DNA of 64,000 nt from Atractiella rhizophila. Lineage: Eukaryota. The notes beneath the pieces are model-generated. The model did not search any database. It saw only the letters and a program-made list of their open reading frames with translations, and was not told the DNA's origin. Each line of letters starts with the position of its first letter. Positions within the stretch are counted from its first letter, which is position 1. Below, piece after piece: positions 25,911-37,961 of this stretch. The position numbers were made by a program, and so were the translations under genes. The stretch lies in NCBI GenBank assembly GCA_021432655.1, contig MU271385.1:1-64000 (forward strand), given 5' to 3'.

Positions 25911-27653
25911 ATGAAGGTAAAAAGAGGTAAAGTTTGTCATTCTGCATGCATGGTATTTCTCTCAGCAAATCATAGATCCATCGAGACACTTCCGGCTGAG
26001 ATTTTGACAATGATACTTGAACAACTTTTTCCTGGTTCGATGGATACACCCAACTTTAACGCTTGCTTCCTCCAAACTTCATTGGTCAGCCGGAAATTTG
26101 CGAGCATTTCGCAGGACCTTGTCATCCGCCACATTCACGTCCCTTGTTCCTTCCTCCAAACCGCTTATTCATCTTCTGAATCTTCGTCCGTCGTTTCCGA
26201 TGATGAAGAGGGATACAATGCAGTATTTAGTAGAGCGAGGGCCAAGAAATTTCTAAACCTATTGGGGAAGGATGCCCAAAAAGCTTCGCGAGTGAAGACG
26301 CTAGAAATCCACCTTGGAGATTTTGAGCCCTGGGAACACCGCCGCCCTACCTATGATTTTCTGGCCAATCTACTACTGCTCGCCAAGGACATTCAAGAAC
26401 TCGTCTTCGCGTTCCATTTCATAGATGATTCGGACACGGCTGACGACGAACTGTTGAAACTTTGCGAGGTCCCTTTTCAGCCACTCTCCCGACTCAAAAA
26501 GTTAACAATCGATTTTTCCGGATCAGACAGGAACATTTTTGACGCAATTTCGCAACTTCGCCCCCCTAATAACCTGAGCACACTCCGAGTCAGCGGCTGT
26601 TTTGAACTACCGACATTGCCTCTAGTTGCCAGTTACACCCATCTTTCTGCTCTTGAAGTGACATATTACAAACCACCTCGCGACTTCGAAATTGTCAAAG
26701 AAATTGTGGGCTCGAGTCTTGATCTCAGACATCTGAAGCTTTCCAGTCCTGCATCCTGCTTCCATAACACGTCCCTTCTTATTCAGCATTTTCGCAACTC
26801 CCTGGAATATCTTTCCCTATCGTTTACTACGTGGACCGCTGACTCAGACCAGCTCAAAGGGGAAGCGCTGCCATACCTTCCAAAGCTGAAATCATTCGCG
26901 CTTCGGGATAATAGATACGTTACCAAGCCAGAAATTCGCTTAGGCCAGGTTCTGCCTCAACTGGCGCTTCAGGTCGAACTGCAGGAAATTCACCTCTACA
27001 ACATCCGGATTGCTGACATGCCGCTGCATTCGAAGATGTCGAAGTTGAATGATCTACGCGAAATGACCTTCAGGACTTCGGCCGAGTTCGAAGAAGGCTT
27101 GCTCATTGATATACTTGGGTCTTCTCCCTTGAGGAAGCTGAACTTGGCCCTAGAACGACGGCAACCTGGTGACCCGTCGGGCGACCAAACAAAAAGCATT
27201 AGCCGCTTACTGGACTCCTTCGCGCTGACTCCTCCACGCATCGCGTGCATCATACTTCCTGAATTGTCCCCTGAAGAGGTCGCCATTATTTGTAGGAAAA
27301 TGCTACAATTTCCAATCGTCAAGATTGATTTCTCCTGGTTTGACCTGGACGGCCAAACTTTCGGAAGCAGTGTCCTCACGTTCCTTCAGGACGAAATGGC
27401 AAAGGTGGAGTATTTGGCTCTTGTCGCAAGTGCGGATGACGAAGAAACTTGGACGTTCTTTCACGACGCATTTATCACTATGAAGTCCGATTCCTTGCCG
27501 CATATCAGAGAGTTGATGCTTTGCTTGGACAGAGAAGATCCCTCGTTCGACGGGGAACGGATAGCTGAGCATCTGAACAATATCTGGGGTAAGGGAAGAA
27601 TAGTCAATGGGAACGAATACATGTGGGATCGACGATGTAGCAACATCTACTAG
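25911..27653 (+). CDS. F-box-like / RNI-like leucine-rich repeat protein
   Basis: 580-aa ORF with N-terminal IETLPAEILTMILEQL..SLVSRKF and repeated LxxLxL units (LKKLTI, LSTLRV, LSALEV, LRHLKL, LEYLSL). Exact start uncertain. Confidence 0.7.
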   Translation: MKVKRGKVCHSACMVFLSANHRSIETLPAEILTMILEQLFPGSMDTPNFNACFLQTSLVSRKFASISQDLVIRHIHVPCSFLQTAYSSSESSSVVSDDEEGYNAVFSRARAKKFLNLLGKDAQKASRVKTLEIHLGDFEPWEHRRPTYDFLANLLLLAKDIQELVFAFHFIDDSDTADDELLKLCEVPFQPLSRLKKLTIDFSGSDRNIFDAISQLRPPNNLSTLRVSGCFELPTLPLVASYTHLSALEVTYYKPPRDFEIVKEIVGSSLDLRHLKLSSPASCFHNTSLLIQHFRNSLEYLSLSFTTWTADSDQLKGEALPYLPKLKSFALRDNRYVTKPEIRLGQVLPQLALQVELQEIHLYNIRIADMPLHSKMSKLNDLREMTFRTSAEFEEGLLIDILGSSPLRKLNLALERRQPGDPSGDQTKSISRLLDSFALTPPRIACIILPELSPEEVAIICRKMLQFPIVKIDFSWFDLDGQTFGSSVLTFLQDEMAKVEYLALVASADDEETWTFFHDAFITMKSDSLPHIRELMLCLDREDPSFDGERIAEHLNNIWGKGRIVNGNEYMWDRRCSNIY

Positions 27654-27743
27654 TTACCAACCTATTTCACTGTATTATCCACAAAAGCTGCACCTGCGTT
27701 CCTGTCTACTCCAAACACATTCCATTGTACATGTGAACTCACT

Positions 27744-29801
27744 CTACACAAGCTCGAAATATCTTTGTAGTTCAAAATCAGTCACAGTAGTGCTGTACTT
27801 TGTCCACTCTTGTTCCCTAATCCCCATCACCTATGAGCCATTCATTCATTCCGTTTGCAAGTCAACGAATCTTACCTAGTAGCACCATAATGGTCAACAA
27901 ACCCGTCACCCAACACTTTCCTAGCCATAGAATTCTGTCCAATCATCTTCATTGTCGCCTCGTAGAGATTCTTCGGAAGCCGTTTGAGAGTGGAAGGATC
28001 ATTCGCGTTTTCCGCGTTGACAGGCGGCAAAGGGAGATCAAGCTTTTCTTTAATACCGGAAAGACCCAAGCCAAGGATGGCAGCAAATGCAAGATCTGCG
28101 ATGTGAACCACATTGGGTTGATGGCTAAACCAGAAAAGATGGAGACGAACGAGGCGTCGAATCTGCTCCCGGGACGCGCTAGAACAAAAATAAGAACACA
28201 ATCTGATAATCAATAAAAATCCTCACCACTTCAATCCTGGTTGCCGCCGCAGAAGCAATAGGAGGGCTGATAATTCTCACTGAAGCAACTCGACTCTCGT
28301 AAGCGTATGACACTACCCGGCAATCAGTCAACTTTGGAGTTCCCCGTTAGCGACATTTCCTGACCGTTGACTGGAGCCCAAAAGTTTTCTACCAACCGTT
28401 TGTACCTGAATCAGAGCTCTCAAAGGGTATACTCGTAAGCTAGAAGGAACGAACGAGTTCACGTTCGGTGCCAAACAAGGCATCACGTCCTCCAATCCCC
28501 TCAAAACACCAGCAACAAAGTATTCGCAAATCTTGCTGACCCTCTTCGTGTCCTCATAGCTGGCATCTGCCCTGACTTCTCCATTTTCAGTTGCGAACAA
28601 GTTGTGCCCTGTCTTTATATCTCGCAAAGAGATATGAATGTGGCCCGAAGTTCCTGGGAGATTGTTGTGCGGTTTTGCCATGAAGGTGGGCATAATACCA
28701 TATTTCGAGCCGAGGAGTTTTGTGCTCAGCTTGAAGAGGGAAGCGTTGTCCGCCATGCGTAAAGCAGAGGTGCTATAAAGATAAACTTGAGGTGATTCAC
28801 ACAAATCAAAAAGGAATAACACACTATGCCAAAGCAGTTTCGAAAACGCCAGGCCCGGTCTCCGTGTGATGACCCTCGATCTCAATACCAAACGCATTGC
28901 ATTCGGTAAAGATAGAATCAAAGTATTCGCGGTTGAGGTTGGGACGTAGCAGACTATACCCTTCATTTGAAAGATTAATCACGCATGACGATCTGACTAG
29001 AAGGGACCTACCATGCATTCCTGGTGTGAGGGGGACAGGGTCCCGAAACTTCTTATCTGCCAATGATTGTGGGGTTTCTATTCACCATTCTCAGTCACAT
29101 TTGAAGAAGTGAAAACATCACACACCTTGGAAGTTGAAGTACTCATATTCCGCACCACAGAACGCCTCCAATCCTTCAGCTTTCAGCTCTTCTATGATCC
29201 TCTGTAGAAGTCCACGGGGACATGCAGGGAGGATGTCATTTGTGTCTGGGTCAAGAAATGTGACAAGGAAGAAAGGGATGTTTCCTTCCCATGGGATCCT
29301 CCGAAAAGTGTCCAAATCGATTCGCGCGCTAGCGATCAGCAAATCTATTCAGATTTCCTGGCCGAAAAGAGTGGAGAAATAATGAGCGACAAACGTGAGG
29401 TCCTTGTATCCATTTTTGATGTTAGAAACAGACAACTCCGGCGAATAGGTAGCATCGTGAATATCCCTGTCACCATTGAACGAATGTGAGGAAATGATCT
29501 CCAATGGGGGTGTCACCCACCATCCAAAAACCACGCTACAAAAACCAAACCCACTCTTCGCGGAAGATATGAATTTGGACTTGCTCATAATCTAGCATTA
29601 CAGTCGTTGAGCGTCCCATTCCGAGATTTTCCTTGCACTCACCTTGCCTCTTAATACGCCGTCGATATCGATGCCTGCGCCGGTTCGTTAACAGAGATAA
29701 GGCTGGGATTGAAAGACGCTACCTGCAACTTTAACTCGATCGTCATGCTTCAAAAGCTCTTCCAGCTCTTCTATAGATTTAGGAGATTGCTTCGTGGACA
29801 T
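27744..29801 (-). CDS. Glutamine synthetase-like (type I / FluG C-terminal-like) gamma-glutamyl ligase
   Basis: VKVA|GIDIDGVLRGK, GFGFCSVVFGW, CGAEYEYFNF, IEGHHTETGPGVFE, TFMAKP..PGTSGHIHISL, KRLVENFWAP, TRIEV|RVPGAD and ELQRYFELV*. Confidence 0.92.
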
Positions 29802-30060
29802 TTTTGATAATGTCCCGCAGGAGGCTACTGATCAGGTACTAATGGGCAGCAGGTGGTGAGGGATCTTCGCAGCCAGTTCTTTCACGTGACAAATTACTTC
29901 TCATCACTGTTCCGTTGGGAAGAAATTTTCATTACCTTTGTGCTAGAGTGATCTGTTTTATTATTATATCAAAGTGAAGACCAATCGGTCACAATTTCAT
30001 GCTATGTAAAGTGGAGGAGGCAGAAAAACGAAAACTGTGTTTTCTACAAAGGTGTTAAAC

Positions 30061-33000
30061 TTATGCGAATCGAGTATGATCGTGACTATAATGGCAGTCG
30101 TCACCCCATCTGCAGTCACCAGTCATGCTGCAAAGCACAATCATCAGTAAGTTTGTGTACTATCCAGAATGGATACTTGCAAGTATTTGCACGACATGCT
30201 TTTCCGAATCTTGAGCGTTTCCAGATCCACGTCGTCTTGTTTCTGAGGTTGCCTGCGTTTTGACGGTGGCGCTCTTCCACGGGCACCCCGCTCAAATATT
30301 CTCTTTCTCTTCCCGCCTATTACTTCGTTGTGGTCCGGTAGGGAGTAGTCCACGCTCGGCTCTGGTCCATCCCACGAACTAGTTGACTTGGAGGTGGGCC
30401 AAGTAGCGTTGGTAGCCTGTTGCAAGCATTGTCAGTGACATTAACAAGTTAGTGCGTTCAAATCCGTACATGTGCTGGTGTGGATTGTGAGGCTGGGGGA
30501 GCAGTGAAAGAGGCGAGAGCAGCAAGAAGATCTTGTGAGTTTACAGTGCTCAGTTGGGCTGCAATATCGAATGGATTCGAGGCTGGAGCTTGGAAAGGGA
30601 CGGAGGCTGGGCCACCAAGTTGACTGAGCAAAGAGGACAGTTGGGACGCATCTGCGGGAAGTATGGGATTAGAGGCAGCAGTTTGAGCGCGACTGATCTC
30701 TGCTTCTACCATCGGGTCACTTTTGAGCGTTTGGCCTAGAGTCATAATAAACTGCACATCAGAAATGATGGGAATAGACGCCGGTTCGTTAGGTGAGAAA
30801 GGAACGTCCTCGTCAGTCAAGTAAACCACAGCCTCAGTGATCTTTTCTCGTTCAAGTTGAAGAGGCGCTTCAAGACTCTTCAGCTCTTCGTTGTCCTCTG
30901 ACGTAAGCTCAATTTCTGCAACATGATGAGTACTGTCATGGCTGTTTGAGCAGAGTACGGACCGGACGGCTCAAACCAATCAATTTCTTCCTGAATCTCC
31001 AACTCTTCAGCGTGATGTCTCATCGCATGACCTTCACTGATATCCATTGTCCGTGCCTCACTCATAGAGTGATGAATCTGAACCCACATTAACAGAGATG
31101 TGTTGAGTATGGAGAAACATACATTCATCTCTTCATCTTCATCATATACCACACGTTCGACAATCTTGATTTGGACTAGAGAGTCTCCTTCCGCGAAACT
31201 AACACTCTTCTTTTTACTTTTCCTATTTGTGGATGACGACATCGCCGTCGATAATGGCGGTAACACCCCGACATTCTTGTGGGAGGATGCAACGTTGGCG
31301 AGGGCGGCTGTGAAGGCATCGATGGCAGGGGCTGGAGGAGGAGCCGGTTGTTTTATTTTGGTTATTGACGGCAGGGATTGTTTTTTACTGTCGAGGAAAG
31401 CAAGCGCATTGCTTTTCGGTAGAGGAAGTCGAGATGCTCCTCCGGTTGAGCCTTCCAAGCTTAGTCGAGCCTTCTTCGTGCTTGGCCCTTCAAAACTGCG
31501 TCAGAAAGAGCTGATAAAAGAACACTGTGAGAATTCACCTTCATTCGAGGTTGGGGGCTCGGGGCGCTTGCGAGACTCATCTGTCCCTTTCTCCATTTTT
31601 GCGGCTTTCCCAACTGCCAGCCATTTAGCATGCAGCCCTTCAGCTATTTTTTTGACAGCTGCAATGAAACGCGTCAACTTGGAGCAAGCAACAAGAAAGT
31701 GCTTACTAGGAGAAGTGGCCCCTCGCATGAGATCCTTCACATTCTTCGCCAATGTCGACAGCCTATCTCCAGATTTTTTCAGGTGTTCAAAAGTGTAGGG
31801 AGTTTTGTCGATAACCTGCTCAGACATGATCATTACCACAACTGTACAAACTAGAGTCCAAAGGACTGTATCAACCTGGAAACGTACATATAACAAAGGG
31901 ATGAGAACTTTTTCCATCGCCAGCGTTTCTGGTCGCGGATTTGCACCTTTATATTTATGAGCAATGTAAGCTGCGTTGAACCAACACTCGATTGTCTCTC
32001 GCGCCGCCGCCTCATTTACCCAACTGGAAAAGAACTCTTTTGGGGCTTTATCCTTCAGAGAAAGACAGATCTGCATCCTGAACTCAGCCGGAACTGCGCT
32101 ACAATCTGGTCGTTCCTTCTCTGCGCTAGGTTTCTCGCCCTCAGTTTTTGACATTACGTCGTCAGGTATGAGATATGGAGCCAAAAGCTTCGCTAGTCGA
32201 ACTCCTTGTCGCGTTGGAGCTTTTTGCAGGTTCGTAGGTTGAATTTCTGCCTTGATTTTGTCCCATTGCGATTTGAATTGGGTCTCCATTTCCGCTCGAG
32301 TCTTCGGTCGCTCTACTCTAGCTTTGGGTTCCATTCGTTCCGTTTGGGCCTGAGGGAGGGTGGGTAACACCGCGTTGGTTCGCGCTTGAGCTTGGGTGGA
32401 TGACTGAGCATGAAGCTGCGTCGACGCTCGAGCCGCATTCCCATTTGGTGCGATCAGGGAGGGAGAAGAGCGCTGCTGAGTGGTTCGTGCTGAGCCGGCC
32501 GTAGGGCGCTGACCTGGTGTCAGGTGCTGTTGACGAATTGTCGGCGGTGGCGGACGATGGTAAGTCTCTTGCTGGTTTTGAGCTTGTTTTTGAGGTTGGT
32601 ATCCCTGATTCAGGGAGTACGTCTGGTTAGATTGGTAGGCGGGGTTCACTGTAAGAGCGGGATCAATCACCATTGACAGGTGATCGGGAGCCTGAGATTT
32701 CATTGCAGCTGAAGCCAAACCAGCGAGATTATGAACATCCATTCCACCGAGTCCTCCAATCCCTCCAACAGTTTGCTGCAGGATAGAAGGGTCGATAAAG
32801 CTTGGAGATGCGTCATTTTGTCCAGCCGGATCGGGCAGAAATTCCGAAATTGTGAAGTCGTCATAAAAATCTACTTCAATACCCGCACTACTAGAACCAA
32901 AGTTGTAGTCTAGCCCGTTCATCGTGGAGGAGGCAGCATCGGGGGTTGAGTAAAGGGAAGTCGCCTGGGAGAAAGGGGACTGAGAGTAGGCAGCTGTAGA

Positions 33001-33528
33001 CGTATTGTAGGTTGAGGTAGAAAATGATTGGAACTGTCCATTGGTAGAAGGATGCGGGTAGTTCGAAGTCGAGGTAGACTGCGAAGGCTGATAGGTTTGA
33101 GAAGGAGGTTGGTATGTCTGTTGCGGTGGGTATCCTTGCTGAGATGTTGTTGGTTGATAAATTTGATGAGATTGATACGTTGAAGAGGATGAAGCGGCGG
33201 GAGGGTGCGCAGATGTTTGTTGCTGAGAAGCTTGCGAAGCTTGTGAACCTTGAAGTCTCTCTAGACGCGCCCGAACGTAAAGGTCCAGGGTTTGGTTTTC
33301 CTTTATAGGTGCGGTGTCAAGCTGAACTTCCAGCCAAGCCTTGAAAGCCGGATTCTTGATAAAATTTCGGTCCCAATCCGTCTTGATTAAGGGGTGGTTC
33401 CTGGGAACCGCAGTCAGTCACGTGACTTTCAAAGTTGGGTACTCCATTTTTCCAGAATGGAGCATATTTATGACTCCCAACCCGTACTGTAAGCTAGAAA
33501 AAATGAAGACATACTCGTCTAGATGCAT
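30061..33528 (-). CDS. PNUTS/PPP1R10-like PP1 regulatory subunit
   Basis: Q/S/Y-rich N-terminus, helical TFIIS-N-like region (EHLKKSGDRLSTLAKNV..AEGLHAKW), RVxF motif KKKSVSFA followed by LVQIKIVE, EIDWFEP, and C-terminal CCCH finger CKYFMTGDCRWGDDCHYSH. The frame is open upstream of 32922 to an acceptor at about 33401; ATG inferred at 33528. Confidence 0.72.
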
Positions 33529-34168
33529 TTCGCCCACAATAACAGGAATTTAATCACTCCAACTTGCTAAATATCAGTTTCTGTCAATAAGGTTCCGTTA
33601 AGCGTGGTTCGGTACCGCACGTGAAACAAGGTGGCGAAGTGGCAGCGTTGTGGGAGAAGTGGATTCGTCGGAGCGTCTGCAGTAGAGTGGGATGAGACTC
33701 TCGTAAGCCTTTGGTCCAGATATATTACAGACTGTTAAGAGCCGGACGGAAAAACCACAGTACCCTTCCCCCCCTCCACGCTTTACTATTACTCTGAGTT
33801 CCTCAATCTCCTTCTACACCTTTTTGAGGTATAGCAGGGGTTGCGGACGCGTTTTTAGGCAGACCGATAAGGAGATTGAGTGTCGATGATGCTTGATTCC
33901 ACAGCACCACCCTTGTTCACGAACTGGTTTCAGTTTTTCAAAGTCGAAAAATCACTAGTTTTACAGCATGTACTAAGAAAAAAGTGACTTCTGTTCACCT
34001 GCTGAAGGAACTTTGGCGAGGTAGAAGCAGGGGATGGTGTGGAGTTGGTGGTGAGTGATGCTTCGCATGATGGTCCTAACCCTATTTCTTCTGCGCTTCC
34101 TTCCTTCTTCTCCAAACTGTAACAAATAACATCAAGCGTGACTAGCGTCAGGTTGTGTGGTCATAAAC

Positions 34169-35003
34169 ATGGGTTTACTCACTATTATTCGAAAGAATAA
34201 GCGGAAAGAGCGCGAAATGAGGATTCTCATGCTGCGAGTTACCCTCTCTGAAACTTGTTCCTTCTGGCTCATGATCTTCCAGTGGTTTGGACAACGCGGG
34301 CAAGACCACAATTGTCAAAAGAATTAATGGCGAAGACATTGATACTGTTAGCCCTACGCTTGGGTTTAATATCAAGACACTATTTCACAAAGGGTTAGTG
34401 CTCAAATTCTTCACCTCCCCTACTTCTCACGGAGTCATCCGTGGTTATCAGATTCAGCTTGAACATATGTACGCCCCCACATACACCCTAGCCATCACAA
34501 CAAGCTCACAGCAGGAAAGGGGATGTAGGAGGTCAACGCACCCTTCGACCATATTGGCGTAATTATTTTGAGGCCACCGACGCCATAATCTGGGTGATCG
34601 ACTCTGGCGATCGGCTACGACTCTTGGACTGCAAGAACGAACTTCAAGAGCTACTCAAAGAAGAGCGATTGGCGAGTGCCAGTTTGCTCATTTTTGCAAA
34701 TAAACAAGATATTCCCAACGCTATGTCCGTTGAAGAGATTGCGGACGTAAATCCTTCCTCGTCCCTTCGGAGCTTGGCTTTGGCTGATGAAGTCGTGAAC
34801 AGAGTTTGGAGCTTGATGCAATGGACCAATCCCATGCACATCATCTCCTCCCATGTTCTGCGGTCACGGGGATGAATCTAGTGGAAGGACTCGACTGGGT
34901 CGTGGGCGAAGTAGGTAAACGAGTGTACTACAGCATCACCAGCGGAAGTAGCATCAAAGGTGCCATGGAACAAGTGCAGACAACAGCTGTAGTAGCGAAT
35001 TGA
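34169..35003 (+). CDS. ARL2: ADP-ribosylation factor-like GTPase 2 (Arl2/Alp41/Cin4)
   Basis: [71 protein letters not shown] and CSAVTG. Confidence 0.96.
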
Positions 35004-35405
35004 TCAGTTTCAATTACTTGATACGATTATTGTCACATCTACAGATCAAGAAGAAAGGGAATCGACATAACAAATATGCTTCGGCACTAATCTCTCATGA
35101 GAGCCATATTGGTGGCTCGAAAAGGATGGAAATGAGAAATGAGAATGAAGAAAAAACAGGAATGGCGTTTTTGGTAAATGACGAGTATCAGAACGAACCA
35201 AAACAGGGCCACTGCAAGCTATCACTCAACAGCTTTTCTAAGCGGAGCCAAATTACAACACAAGACCGAAAACAGTGACGATTTTGAGATTACAGTACTT
35301 AGGGAGTGAACGAAATGCAAAACTTCGTCAAGCTGACATCCCAAGAGACATATTACGGAACTCCAACTCGTTCGACTGAGGTACGATGAAATGTACAACT
35401 TTGGC

Positions 35406-36584
35406 TCACAAAAGAAGACCCTTTCCCCTTCTCTTCCCTGCGACAAAATTCAGCACTCTCATAGCTAAAGAACGAGAATACTGACCAATCTGGATACACA
35501 TTTCATCCTCCGACCCTTCATCGTCATCCCGTGGACGTAGATACATTCCTTGTTTCTTCTTACTATTCTTTACCGGCCGCAGCTCCTCAAATTCCAGAAC
35601 CGCCAGAGGATCATCGCTCTCCGGCGCCCCTTCAGTTTCAGACCTAAATTCCTTCGTAACAAGCTTCATCATTTGCTCTGCTAGCTCGGTATCACTATTG
35701 GTTGGCGACGGTGGAAGCAGAAAACCACTCCTGTTGACGTCCGTGTGGAGTGGGGTCAATTTGGGTAACGGAGAGGGCATAGGCGAGAGGGCAGGAGATG
35801 AGGGAGATGAGGGAATGCAGATATCGATGAGACTCATAGACGACCTCCTCCGCCTCAAATTGGGAGTGGACATGCGAGGAACAGCCGTGTTGATGTCAGC
35901 TAGGGCAGGTCGAGTTGGCGAAGATGAATGAGCGGATATCATTTCGTCCATCAAATCGACTTGAATGGGTATGATTGTGGACGTGGAGGTATTGAAATCG
36001 CAGTCTTCGTCTTCAGCAGTGAGAACAATCATTGGAGGGGGAGTGCGACTGCCAACTCGACGACGCTTGACTGCTGAGTTCCGAGACGAGTTTTCTTCTG
36101 GAGACTTGATGGCGATGGAGCGAGATACCGAAGGCTTAGGGAAGTCCTCGTCCTCTTCTCCATCCAGATCTTCACACGTCCGTTTTATGCCGCCGTTGCG
36201 CTGAGCTGGATTTTCAGTCGATTGAAAGACTTCGGATTGACGATGCGTAACGACCTTCCGCTTCAAAGCGAGGGGAGATGCGTCCGTCGTAGCTTCATTC
36301 AGATTCGCACAGCGGGTAACTCCTCTAGATGTAGTCCTCGATCGAGACTTTATTGGTGATGCCCTTTTTCTTCTCGAAGCACTTTCGCGCGGCAACTGAG
36401 AAGCGTTGGCATCATCAATCGAGACGAAAAAGAACGGTAGCGACTTCTTGATGGCTGCTAAACCGAATCGTAAACTGGTACCTTTGCCTTCATTATTCTT
36501 GGTGGGTGAAGCCTTGCGAACGGATGCTGAACGTAGATTTGCCTTGCCCATAGGAAACGGGAGCGTTTGGTTGGAAGGCGCCAA
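35406..36584 (-). CDS. Ser/Pro/Arg-rich hypothetical protein
   Basis: 392-aa open frame of disordered composition with many SP sites. Both termini uncertain; likely has further exons. Confidence 0.55.
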   Translation of the reverse strand: MAPSNQTLPFPMGKANLRSASVRKASPTKNNEGKGTSLRFGLAAIKKSLPFFFVSIDDANASQLPRESASRRKRASPIKSRSRTTSRGVTRCANLNEATTDASPLALKRKVVTHRQSEVFQSTENPAQRNGGIKRTCEDLDGEEDEDFPKPSVSRSIAIKSPEENSSRNSAVKRRRVGSRTPPPMIVLTAEDEDCDFNTSTSTIIPIQVDLMDEMISAHSSSPTRPALADINTAVPRMSTPNLRRRRSSMSLIDICIPSSPSSPALSPMPSPLPKLTPLHTDVNRSGFLLPPSPTNSDTELAEQMMKLVTKEFRSETEGAPESDDPLAVLEFEELRPVKNSKKKQGMYLRPRDDDEGSEDEMCIQIGQYSRSLAMRVLNFVAGKRRGKGLLL

Positions 36585-37961
36585 GACTGTAAGAGTGGAT
36601 GCAGTCGCTATATTCGGCTAGACAAAGTCATTGGATCAGCACTTCGGTCAAGGAAAACAAGATATGTGCGGATGAATTAGTGAAGATTATGGACTGTGGA
36701 GGACTCGCGCCGATCTCAGCTTCAACAAGGGCAAACTATGCTAGAGAACAGAGGCTCTTGCTTCGCCATGTTCTATGCATATATCTCATTTGCATTTATA
36801 TCTCAAAAACTAGTTCATAGACATCTCAACAGGAACAAAAGCCGCTTTGAGACTAGTGGCTCCAATGCTTTGGCTTGGGTATTGAATAACCCCAATATTC
36901 CAACAGCGTTGGGTATGGCAGCACGGCGACAAGTAAAGTGATCAGCTGGGATGTCTGATACCCAGGAACAGACCAAGAACCTCCAGATCTAACTTCTCGA
37001 ACACCGATCATGACTGGGAAATGAGAAAACATACTTTTCTCGTCTTCGCTGCTCGCTGCACCACAACATCGTCGTTTCCAGAGTCTCTACTTCTCTTCCT
37101 CATGTCTTCTTTTGTCTTGTCCTTCTAACCAGCCTATCCAAATCTTTGCCCCAATCTCGTCCTGGTCGTTCGCAAGCGACTTCATATTGATTAGTCAGCG
37201 ACGGTGTTCGTGGGCAACTCCGAGTTGCGCATCCGACGAGTGAGTTGGATGAAGTTGGGGGAGTATTCATCAAGCATGTTACTTCAAAGGCCATGGTGTT
37301 GGGTTGATGGGGAGGTTGATTCGGTGCTCTTCGAATGAGAAACATTTTCGGATAGATGGGCGTGTTTTGAAAGCGTCACACATTTTATGACCGTGCATTG
37401 CGTATCTTGACTTCGCTTAGGAATACTTCATTGCTGTTCTTAACTGTAAATCCAGGCTCACGATGCTTCTGTAGGCTGTGCTACCTCGCGCATACCTCGC
37501 CATCATCGGTTGCAATCGTGCGAGATCCTGCCAGCTTTCCAAAGTTACTCAAGATCTTTCCGATTGGCATTCAGTGAGGCGATTGAGCCAGCCGAGGTGA
37601 GGGATGATAATATTTGCCAATGTCGCGCTTGAAATGTAATACTGAACCTTAGAACACAAAAGTTGTTCAAAACGGTAGCAACCAGCGGAGAATGTGTGTA
37701 CACATCTCACAGAACTCGGCCTCTTGTGAGTCGGTGAACCTAAGAATGATATAAGAAGCTTCCCGATTTTGAAAGATTGAGCTCACACTAGAGCCACACA
37801 CGACCTCCTACAACTTACATTGCAGACGCTGCCATGATCGTGATTCGAGTTCTTTATTTGTCACAGTCATGTTTATTCATGAATCTTCGCACCTGTTATT
37901 AGGATTCCTTGACCCAAACTGGGTGTAAGTGCTGCAAGGCAAGGTATCGGATACCTACAAT

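Noticed and set aside
20616..29801. ARO2, peroxidase and GS-like genes as a possible metabolic cluster
   Set aside because: No backbone synthase, transporter or regulator, and unrelated genes are interspersed; ordinary neighbourhood is a sufficient explanation.
33416..33427. Palindrome AGTCACGTGACT and other CACGTG E-boxes (1171, 7186, 29883, 33618, 47020)
   Set aside because: The roughly ten CACGTG sites I saw do not exceed chance expectation for 64 kb, and this one falls in a predicted intron.
33506..33532. AAGACATACTCGTCTAGATGCATTTC, loosely like the U3 snoRNA 5' end
   Set aside because: Box A GAUCA is not conserved, and the sequence is explained by the first exon and donor of the PNUTS-like gene on the minus strand.
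34075..34084. CCTAACCCTA, resembling a telomerase RNA template for TTAGGG
   Set aside because: It lies 85 nt before the ARL2 ATG and downstream of the candidate pseudoknot, which is the wrong order. A 10-mer like this is plausible by chance.
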